Below, piece after piece: positions 28,344-36,079 of a stretch of 39,545 nucleotides of DNA. The translations under genes were made by a program, and so were the position numbers. How positions within the stretch are numbered: position 1 is the first letter of the stretch; the number at the start of each line of letters is the position of its first letter. Under the pieces are notes generated by a model that was not told the DNA's origin, did no database searches, and worked only from the letters and a program-made list of their open reading frames with translations. This DNA comes from an uncultured Bacilli bacterium (GTDB taxonomy: Bacteria; Bacillota_I; Bacilli_A; RF39; UBA660): assembly GCA_947628245.1 (NCBI GenBank), contig CANQZH010000001.1, positions 1 to 39,545 on the forward strand, read 5' to 3'.

Positions 28344-31300
28344 CTATTTCCAAGATGGTCCAATTCCATCAGTCCTACTTAAACAATTACCTAATGGACA
28401 ATAATCAGTTTCAGTCCATAATTTAAATCCACTAGCATTTCTTGCAAGTTGAGTAAAATATTTACCAGTATTTTCATTTAAGAAAGTACTTACACATTTA
28501 ACACTGTAATCTAAACCATTATAATTTTTCTTTTTACACTGATAAGCATCAGTCCCATCTTCCATTGTCGTATTTTCATATGTACCTACGTCTTTATTAT
28601 ATTGTCTTATAGCCATTAATTGACTAGCAGTTACTAAATAAGAATACTCAGGAGTTTCATAAACACCATTACCATTACCTTCAATATCATTTTTAGTAAC
28701 CTGTGCTTTTAAAGTTTGCCAATTATAACCTTCTTTTCGACAATTTACACTATTAGTTTCACAAGAATTAGGGAATAAATTATTTAATGAAACAGTTCTA
28801 AATTTATATGTCGTATTTTCTCCATCAAATATACAAGTCTTACAAGACACTGGACAATCACCTTCACAAGTTTCATGAATAGAACAACTATCTCCCTCAC
28901 ATCCAACACTACAAGAATCACAATTATTAACATAAGCACAAACATAACCAGCTTCTTGTTCAAATATTCCTCTTGGATTTTCACACTGAGCAACATCAGA
29001 AGTAACATAAGCATTTAATACACTATTGCTTCTTCCAATTAATCTTCCTAATGAATTATCAATATTTGATTGACCAATATTTGCAAATGAAAGAACAAAC
29101 TTAAAGGCACCTTTACCAGTTTTAAGTTCAACCGGTAAAGCATCATCTGGAAGTCTAGTCCATAAACAACTATCATAACCAGTTACCGAACATACAGAAC
29201 CAGTTTTAACTGTTCCATATTGATGATAAGTATTAAAATTTTGACCTGGAGTAAAATTACCCGATTTAGTTACTGTTTTTTGAATCCAATTTGCAAGATT
29301 AATTCCAAAACTATTCCACGTACAAGTACTTTCATTACAACTAATATATTGATAAATAGAACCAGTCATCGGTGGTGTAGAATAAGATGTTCCAATACAA
29401 TTATATTGACTATTTATATTACCAACACAATAATTTACCGAACTACTAACACTTGGGTCTCCAACCATTTTAAATGTACCAGCTCTTGTATCATAACCAT
29501 AATCATCATAATTAAAGTTAATTGCCGGATTAAAATTCAAATCAGAATCAGGCATATTAACCCAATTAGAACAAGCTTGATAATTACTAACATATAATTG
29601 AATATTAGTATTAGTTCTTTCATACAAACTTCTACTCTTACTTTCTTGATCAATAATTTCATTTTTAGACATCTCAACTTGTTCACCACTTACAACATTA
29701 CTATGACTAGCATCAGTTATTTGAAGATAATTTGCACAAGTATATTTCTTATCTTCATCACTAGCTGGATCACTTCCTGTACCAGCAAGACAAGCTCTCC
29801 ATTTACTCCATTCATTCCAATATCTTAATAAATCAACATTTAAAGCAGAAATTTCATTAATAAATTCCGTACTATTAATACCTTCAGTTGGATCATCAGC
29901 AGAAGCCGTATAACAATTTCTTGTTCCGGTAATCGCAGCATTTAAAGTGAAATATCCACCACTAGTAGAATATCTTGCAGTTGGAACTGTAAATTGATAA
30001 TTTTCATCACAATATACTTTACAATATCTATTTCCATTCATAAGTTTCTTAGCTTCAAAACTTTCACCAGACATATCATTTTTACCTAGAACACACATCT
30101 TAACATTATTAGCACTATTATTACAAGCTGTCTTAGCTGGATTTATATCATAGAAATAACCACCAACAGATGAATTAACATCAAAATCATTACAACTATT
30201 TGGAATTGATGAACTAGCTCGACAATTAGGACATTTTTCTTCGTACTCAGCACAATCAGGATCACTAGGATTAGCAGTACATTTTTCTTTTCTAGGTGTA
30301 CAATAACATTCTTCAATATATTCTTGACCATTACATACCCTACCGCTATTATCAGTTCCTGGATCAGCACAATAATAAAGACCTTCTTCATTATCACTAG
30401 GAGTTTCACAAATATGTAAACATTGGCTCTTATATGTAGCTTGATCAACAATATTACTACTTCCATCATCAGTATCTTTACCATAATAAGTTACAGTACC
30501 ATCAGGATTTACAATTCTCTCACATTCATAATCTTCGGTATCACCGCAAGGAGGGCAATTATAAGTAGCAAAATTTGGATCAGTATTGTCAACAATTGCA
30601 CTTGTTGTTACTCCATTTGTAGTAGTATATAAAATATATCTACCAGTATAATTATTAGAATCATCTGCTTCACAAACACAAGAAGTAGTTGGTTCAAATG
30701 GAATTTCCCTTTGTATTTGAAACGTTTTACTATAATTTTTAACTAAAATAAATTTTTGATAACTTGCATGGTTTGTTGGTTTATATATCATTATATGAGC
30801 ATTTGGATTTTTTATATCACCATAGCTTACTGTAACTTTAGCAAGATTATATTTTTCGTTCCATTTACCCTTCGTCTTTTGAATAGTTATATTAAAAGTT
30901 CCACTTCTATTTTTATTACTACTAACTAAACTACTACTAACTAATTTATTATTATCATTTTTAGTTTCGAATTTAAAACTTCCCCAATTGACTACACTAG
31001 GAGCTTTTACAGGATTTTTAGGAGCTATCGTAACATTTAAAACTACATTATTTTTATCATCAGGACCAGTAACACTATTAATTGTTGAAATCCACTCATC
31101 AGTCCATATTACTCCAGCATCAACTAATTGTTGATAAGTTTTCTTACCCTTTAAAATATAATCACCATATTTTACAGCATCCTTAACTAAAGATAAAGCA
31201 GCTTTAACCTCGGATGTATCTTGATACCAATATGTTGTACTATTTCGGCTTTTATAAGAGAAAATATTAAATTTATAATCATTATCTCCAATTGACTCTA

Positions 31301-31766
31301 AATAACCATATCGTGACGCAATCCATCTAAATGCCATCGTTCCAATTAAACTACTTCTTCTTCTACCACTACTCTCCGTATTTGAAATATATTTATTAGC
31401 AATCATTAATTGATAAGCTCTCGTAATTGCTACATCAAAAGCTTGCCTATTAAGGCTAGATGAATTTTCAGGATTAATTTCTCTAACACAAGTATGTTGT
31501 CCGTTATTAAAATCAGATGTAGCCCCAGGTTTAAAACAAAAAGCTTGACCATAAGCCCCTGTATTACTTGAAGCCTTTTTTTTAGTAGTAAACATATTAT
31601 AAAAATTAATAACATCTTTTTTACAATGTGATCTATCTACCCCAACATGATGCAAATATAAATAAGTGTATTGGCAACCTCCATCAGAAATATTTTTTCC
31701 CTCTGCTTTTACTACACTTAAAAAACAAAATAATAAGATAAAACTATATATTATTTTTTTAAACAT
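28344..31766 (-). CDS. 1140-aa secreted Cys-rich protein (cassette A, second gene); no family recognised
   Basis: The Sec signal is MFKKIIYSFILLFCFLSVVKA-EG. I hand-counted about 50 Cys. It ends ...DGIGPSWK like its paralog, and has no wall-sorting signal. Confidence 0.8.
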   Translation of the reverse strand: MFKKIIYSFILLFCFLSVVKAEGKNISDGGCQYTYLYLHHVGVDRSHCKKDVINFYNMFTTKKKASSNTGAYGQAFCFKPGATSDFNNGQHTCVREINPENSSSLNRQAFDVAITRAYQLMIANKYISNTESSGRRRSSLIGTMAFRWIASRYGYLESIGDNDYKFNIFSYKSRNSTTYWYQDTSEVKAALSLVKDAVKYGDYILKGKKTYQQLVDAGVIWTDEWISTINSVTGPDDKNNVVLNVTIAPKNPVKAPSVVNWGSFKFETKNDNNKLVSSSLVSSNKNRSGTFNITIQKTKGKWNEKYNLAKVTVSYGDIKNPNAHIMIYKPTNHASYQKFILVKNYSKTFQIQREIPFEPTTSCVCEADDSNNYTGRYILYTTTNGVTTSAIVDNTDPNFATYNCPPCGDTEDYECERIVNPDGTVTYYGKDTDDGSSNIVDQATYKSQCLHICETPSDNEEGLYYCADPGTDNSGRVCNGQEYIEECYCTPRKEKCTANPSDPDCAEYEEKCPNCRASSSIPNSCNDFDVNSSVGGYFYDINPAKTACNNSANNVKMCVLGKNDMSGESFEAKKLMNGNRYCKVYCDENYQFTVPTARYSTSGGYFTLNAAITGTRNCYTASADDPTEGINSTEFINEISALNVDLLRYWNEWSKWRACLAGTGSDPASDEDKKYTCANYLQITDASHSNVVSGEQVEMSKNEIIDQESKSRSLYERTNTNIQLYVSNYQACSNWVNMPDSDLNFNPAINFNYDDYGYDTRAGTFKMVGDPSVSSSVNYCVGNINSQYNCIGTSYSTPPMTGSIYQYISCNESTCTWNSFGINLANWIQKTVTKSGNFTPGQNFNTYHQYGTVKTGSVCSVTGYDSCLWTRLPDDALPVELKTGKGAFKFVLSFANIGQSNIDNSLGRLIGRSNSVLNAYVTSDVAQCENPRGIFEQEAGYVCAYVNNCDSCSVGCEGDSCSIHETCEGDCPVSCKTCIFDGENTTYKFRTVSLNNLFPNSCETNSVNCRKEGYNWQTLKAQVTKNDIEGNGNGVYETPEYSYLVTASQLMAIRQYNKDVGTYENTTMEDGTDAYQCKKKNYNGLDYSVKCVSTFLNENTGKYFTQLARNASGFKLWTETDYCPLGNCLSRTDGIGPSWK

Positions 31767-32536
31767 TATACTCCCCTCATACTTTCCATCTCTTTAGTTC
31801 TTTTTCTTCTCTTAAAAATACTAACAATAATTATAACTAACAATATAAAAATAATCACAATCCCAACAGAATATAATATTATATTTTTAGAATTATCTTC
31901 TTTATTATTTTGAGTAGGATTTTCTTCTTCATCAGGCGTTTCCATATTTTTCATATACTCGTCTAATAAACGTCTATATTCACTTTCACTTATACTAACA
32001 TCAGTTGTAACATATTTATTACAATAACTAGCATTATTATTTTGACAAACACCTTCTTCAAAATAATCATTATACTTAGGTGTTGCAACTTCTATTTTCC
32101 TTAATTCTTCCGTTTCACAATCCAAAGACTCTGAAAAAATTGTCAAAGTATAATGTCTAATATTTAAAGTATCAGGAACATCATAAATAAGAGAGCCATC
32201 TTCTAAATCTTTATAATGATATTCTTTATTAATGTTATCCTCGGCACTATATAAAGCAACATACACTTTATCAGTAACATTACTAATTTTAAGCACAACC
32301 CTTTCATCTAATTGATAAGATGAAGTTTCAGAAATTTCAATATCACTAGGATTCAATTCCCGATGAATATTACCATCAATATCAAAAACAAACGTTTCAA
32401 TTTCATAATCCATAGTAACATTAGAAGCAGCCGTACTAAGTTCTAATCGAGCTTTACTATCACATACAGCATTAACTTTATTAATAAAACCAAACAAAAC
32501 AAGTAAAAATAACAAATATCTGCCTGTGTTTTTCAT
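31766..32536 (-). CDS. ~256-aa type I membrane protein (cassette A, first gene)
   Basis: The ORF-track start (TTG at 32569) lies inside the predicted -10 element. I prefer the ATG at 32536 (MKNTGRYLLFLLVLFGFINKVNA-VCDSK). The C-terminal TM helix is ILYSVGIVIIFILLVIIIVSIF, followed by KRRKR. There is a TAATG overlap with the 1140-aa gene. Confidence 0.65.
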   Translation of the reverse strand: MKNTGRYLLFLLVLFGFINKVNAVCDSKARLELSTAASNVTMDYEIETFVFDIDGNIHRELNPSDIEISETSSYQLDERVVLKISNVTDKVYVALYSAEDNINKEYHYKDLEDGSLIYDVPDTLNIRHYTLTIFSESLDCETEELRKIEVATPKYNDYFEEGVCQNNNASYCNKYVTTDVSISESEYRRLLDEYMKNMETPDEEENPTQNNKEDNSKNIILYSVGIVIIFILLVIIIVSIFKRRKRTKEMESMRGV

Positions 32537-32559
32537 ATTACCATTCCTATCTTTAGTTA

Positions 32560-32588
32560 AATATACCAAAAATAAATAATTAATTCAA
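32560..32588 (-). promoter_or_regulatory. SigA-type promoter of cassette A (TG-extended -10)
   Basis: On the minus strand, TTGAAT (32588..32583), a 17-nt spacer and TGgTATATT (-10 at 32565..32560). The layout matches the cassette B promoter. Confidence 0.5.
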
Positions 32589-32681
32589 TTAATTTTTGAA
32601 ATTTCACTTAAAATTCATATTTTTAAACTATCATTTATTTTTACTTTATGTTATATTTTAATTAAGGATAGAGGTAATATT

Positions 32682-33386
32682 ATGAATTTAAAAAAATTAG
32701 GAAAAGCATTTTTAATTATTATTTTATATTTGGTAATTGTTCCCCAAATAATTGGTTTAATTTGTTTACCATTTTTTGATTTAGAAAATCCCACTGTTTT
32801 AACAATCTTAAATTTATTAATCTATATTATCGATATAATTATTATTTTTATTATATATCGTAAAAGCATTAAAGAAGAATGGCACAAATTCACCAAAAAT
32901 TTTAAAAATTATTTTAGTATAGCCTTAAAAAATTGGGGAAAAGGTTTTTTATTAATGTTTATTTTTAATATAATAATTATTAATGTAGTTGGTAAAATAG
33001 CTAGTAATGAATCACAAAATAGAGAAATATTAAATCAATTACCAGTCTTTTCTTCCATAGCAATGGTTTTCTTAGGACCTATATTAGAAGAATTTGCTTT
33101 TCGAAAAGGTTTTAAAGATGTTTTTAAATCAGAAAAAATCTTCTTAATCTTTACTGCTCTTTTATTTGGTTCTTTCCACGTAATTAGTAATTTAGATTAT
33201 AGTTCTATCCAAGCCTTTCTAAGTAGTTCAAAAGAATTACTATACATTTTACCTTATGCTAGTTTAGGTTATTATTTTGGTAAAGCCTATTATGAAACTG
33301 ATTGTATTTTTACTAGTATAACAGCTCATATGCTACATAATGGTATATCTATTTTCTTTATTTTATTAGGAACAATGTTAGGATGA
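32682..33386 (+). CDS. CPBP-family intramembrane glutamic protease (CAAX protease / Abi-like)
   Basis: It is polytopic and carries the CPBP motifs EEFAFRKG, FGSFH and HMLHN. Confidence 0.75.
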   Translation: MNLKKLGKAFLIIILYLVIVPQIIGLICLPFFDLENPTVLTILNLLIYIIDIIIIFIIYRKSIKEEWHKFTKNFKNYFSIALKNWGKGFLLMFIFNIIIINVVGKIASNESQNREILNQLPVFSSIAMVFLGPILEEFAFRKGFKDVFKSEKIFLIFTALLFGSFHVISNLDYSSIQAFLSSSKELLYILPYASLGYYFGKAYYETDCIFTSITAHMLHNGISIFFILLGTMLG

Positions 33387-33390
33387 TCAT

Positions 33391-34233
33391 ATGGAAGATA
33401 CTTCAAAAAAAATTAATCCCTTAATTAAAATATTAATAATTTTACTTTTAATAATTATAATTATCTATAGTTGGATGCATTTTATTGAGCCAAAAATTAT
33501 AACTGTTAAAGACTATATTTTAACCAATGAAAAAATACCTAAATCTTTTAATGGTTTTACAATAGTTCATTTTTCTGATATTCATTTTGGTCGAACAACA
33601 AATGAAAAAGAAGTTAATAAAGTAATTGCCAAAATAAATGAAATGAAACCTGATATAGTCCTATTTTCAGGTGATTTATTTGATCCATATATTACTTTAT
33701 CAGATAATAATATAACATTTTTAAAAGAAGCTTTTAGTAATATCAATGCTAAAATCAAAAAATATGCCGTCTATGGAGATCAAGACATAACTAATAAAGA
33801 TAAATATACCGAAATATTAAATACGGCTAATTTTGAAATCTTAAATGGCACAAATAATAAAATTTATTATAATGGAAATATTCCTATTTATATAAGTGGT
33901 ATTTCATCAATTAGTAAAGAACAACCAGATTATAGTAAAGCATTTAAAAAAGACCAAGATAGTCTTCAATTATTTTTAAGCCACGAACCAGGTGTTATAA
34001 TGGATATCAAAAATCAAGCTGATTTTATTTTCAGTGGTCATACTCTAGGAGGTTTAATTAAAATTCCTTTTATAGGGGGTATCATAAAACAAGAAAATTC
34101 TCTAAATTATGAATCAGGTAAATATATTGAAGATAAAACGACAATCTTTGTTAACAACGGTATTGGTACCGAAGACTTTTCTTTAAGATTATTTAATTTT
34201 CCTACAATATATTGCTATCGCTTTAAAGCATAG
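33391..34233 (+). CDS. Membrane-anchored calcineurin-like metallophosphoesterase (YkuE-like) with partly degenerate motifs
   Basis: An N-terminal TM helix is followed by FSDIHFG (motif I), SGDLFD (II), YGDQD in place of GNH[DE] (III), LSHEP, and GHTLGG in place of GHTHGG (V). Confidence 0.65.
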   Translation: MEDTSKKINPLIKILIILLLIIIIIYSWMHFIEPKIITVKDYILTNEKIPKSFNGFTIVHFSDIHFGRTTNEKEVNKVIAKINEMKPDIVLFSGDLFDPYITLSDNNITFLKEAFSNINAKIKKYAVYGDQDITNKDKYTEILNTANFEILNGTNNKIYYNGNIPIYISGISSISKEQPDYSKAFKKDQDSLQLFLSHEPGVIMDIKNQADFIFSGHTLGGLIKIPFIGGIIKQENSLNYESGKYIEDKTTIFVNNGIGTEDFSLRLFNFPTIYCYRFKA

Positions 34234-35569
34234 TTAAATATGTTACAATCTTTTTAAAATTCATCCCATGACTAGCTTTAATTAAAATAGTATCATTTTC
34301 TTTTAAATTACTTAAAAGATTATTTATTAAATCATCAATATTTTCATAATAAATACTATTAAGATTATTTTTAACTAAATAACTATCAATATACTTAGCA
34401 TTAGGTCCACAACTAATTACTAAATCAACTGGATTATTTAAAATTATTCTTGCAATATTCTCGTGAATTTCTTGAGCAAATTCTCCTACTTCTAAAATAT
34501 CTCCTAAAATAACAACTTTTCTTTCATTATTATAATTTTTAAGAAAATCAATAGCACTAGAAATAGCTTCGACACTAGCATTATAAGTATCATCAATAAT
34601 AGTATAATCTTTAGTTTTAACAATACTCATTCGATTATCAGCACCTAAATATTTCTTTAAACCTGAAGTTATTTGTTCATAACTTAAATCTAATTTTTTA
34701 GCAACCGCTAAAGCTAAAACACAATTCATTAACATAGGATAAGAACTATTATTTAAAGTATATTCTTCATTTAATAACTTAAAACTAATATTATTTTTCA
34801 CCCTTTTAATATCTTCAATATAAAAACCTTTTTTTTCATTAAGATAACACTTAATTATCTTAGATGTATCCTTTACTTTACCTAATAAATCATTCTCCCC
34901 ATTAATTATTAATAAACCATCATCATTCATTCCATCAGTAATTTCTAATTTAGCTTTTAAAATATTTTCTCTAGAGCCTAAATTACCAATATGAGCAGTT
35001 CCAACATTAGTAATAACTCCAATAGTAGGTTTAGCAAGTAAAGAAAGTTTATGAATTTCACCTAAATGATTCATTCCCATTTCTAAAACCATTACTTCTT
35101 CATTAGCATGTTCTAAAATTGTTAAAGGTAATCCAATATCATTATTAAAATTACCTTCCGTACTTAAAACACTATATTTTTCTGATAATAAAGTAGCAAT
35201 TAAAGAACGAGTACTAGTCTTACCTACACTACCAGTAACCGCAACAACAGGACCACTAAATAAATCTCTTTCATATGAAGCTAACTTATGCAAAGCATCC
35301 AAACTATTTTCAACAAACAAAAAATTACCTAAAGATAAATCAACATCTTCTTCCTTACAATCAAGAATAACTAAAGAACACTTTTTCTTAAAAGCTTCTT
35401 GATAGAATAAATTACCATCAAACTTTTCACCTTTCAAACCAAGATAAACATCATTTTCCCTTAAAGTTCTAGTATCTTTAGAAATATGACTTACCATAAT
35501 ATTCTTTTCTTTAGCATAAAGTCTACCATTAACAATCTCTTCTATTTTTTCTAATGATATTGGTTGCAT
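34223..35569 (-). CDS. murF: UDP-N-acetylmuramoyl-tripeptide--D-alanyl-D-alanine ligase
   Basis: VAVTGSVGKTSTRSL is the Mur ligase P-loop. NFNNDIGLPLT, IIDDTYNAS and VILGDILE are also present. Length is 448 aa. Confidence 0.85.
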   Translation of the reverse strand: MQPISLEKIEEIVNGRLYAKEKNIMVSHISKDTRTLRENDVYLGLKGEKFDGNLFYQEAFKKKCSLVILDCKEEDVDLSLGNFLFVENSLDALHKLASYERDLFSGPVVAVTGSVGKTSTRSLIATLLSEKYSVLSTEGNFNNDIGLPLTILEHANEEVMVLEMGMNHLGEIHKLSLLAKPTIGVITNVGTAHIGNLGSRENILKAKLEITDGMNDDGLLIINGENDLLGKVKDTSKIIKCYLNEKKGFYIEDIKRVKNNISFKLLNEEYTLNNSSYPMLMNCVLALAVAKKLDLSYEQITSGLKKYLGADNRMSIVKTKDYTIIDDTYNASVEAISSAIDFLKNYNNERKVVILGDILEVGEFAQEIHENIARIILNNPVDLVISCGPNAKYIDSYLVKNNLNSIYYENIDDLINNLLSNLKENDTILIKASHGMNFKKIVTYLTML

Positions 35570-35652
35570 CTAAAAAACCTCATTTCTATTTAAAGTTTAA
35601 CACTTTTTATTAACATTTTATAGTATAATATATTCATATGGAGGTTAAAATA

Positions 35653-36078
35653 ATGAATGAAATAAGTGTTGATCGAATTTTACTAGTAATTGATATGTTA
35701 CTTACTTACTATGCTAGAAATTATATGTATCTAGAAAATGGCTATGAAGCAATTAGTCATTTCACTTTAGGAGAATGTGGAACTTTTGCTTTAGTCTTAC
35801 AAAAAATATTTCCTAATACAACTTTATATGTTACCGATAATCAACATATTATAAGTAAAATAGGCGAAAATTATTATGATGCAACGGGAATAAGTCACGA
35901 ATCAAATATCCACTTAATGAATGAACAAGACTTTATTAATTATATTCCTTATTATGGAAGTAAAAGTTGGGATGCTAAAAAAAACGAAATTGAAGAATTA
36001 GCTGAAGTTGGTAAATATGTTTTAAATCATTCTTATAGTGAAGCTTATGAACATCTTTTTGGTAGTTTAACAAGATAA
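35653..36078 (+). CDS. Hypothetical cytoplasmic protein (~141 aa)
   Basis: The ORF track starts at 35638, but ATGGAGGttaaaataATG places a GGAGG RBS 8 nt upstream of the second ATG (35653). I recognise no motif. Confidence 0.4.
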   Translation: MNEISVDRILLVIDMLLTYYARNYMYLENGYEAISHFTLGECGTFALVLQKIFPNTTLYVTDNQHIISKIGENYYDATGISHESNIHLMNEQDFINYIPYYGSKSWDAKKNEIEELAEVGKYVLNHSYSEAYEHLFGSLTR

Positions 36079-36079
36079 A

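Larger units (their letters stand above)
27925..32569 (-). repeat. Diverged tandem duplication, unit A (three-gene cassette)
   Basis: See unit B. Confidence 0.85.

Noticed and set aside
25512-31615. Many 60-125-aa ORFs nested in other frames or strands of the giant genes: 25512..25736, 25611..25799, 26029..26349, 28041..28244, 28784..29014, 29220..29597, 29598..29828, 30143..30484, 30423..30632 and 31430..31615.
   Set aside because: Each lies fully inside a long, paralog-supported coding frame. Their Ile/Leu/Asn-rich compositions are typical of off-frame translation of AT-rich DNA, and the ORFs are not conserved between the two cassettes.
23740-31766. Sortase-dependent anchoring (LPXTG followed by a TM helix and a basic tail) of the giant proteins.
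   Set aside because: No LPXTG-like motif followed by a hydrophobic tail was found. Both proteins end in the hydrophilic sequence DGIGPSWK.
27054-32536. Lipoprotein interpretation of the ~255-aa cassette proteins, because a Cys lies close behind the signal peptide (KVKA-EC, KVNA-VC).
   Set aside because: The residues before the Cys do not form a lipobox (L-[AS]-[GA]-C). A signal peptidase I site (VKA/VNA) fits better, and the proteins already have a C-terminal TM anchor.
13290-32588. The Tad locus as a recently acquired genomic island or ICE fragment.
   Set aside because: There is no integrase, relaxase, tRNA/tmRNA target or flanking direct repeat. By eye, base composition and codon style do not differ from the flanks. 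This cannot be excluded without comparative genomics.
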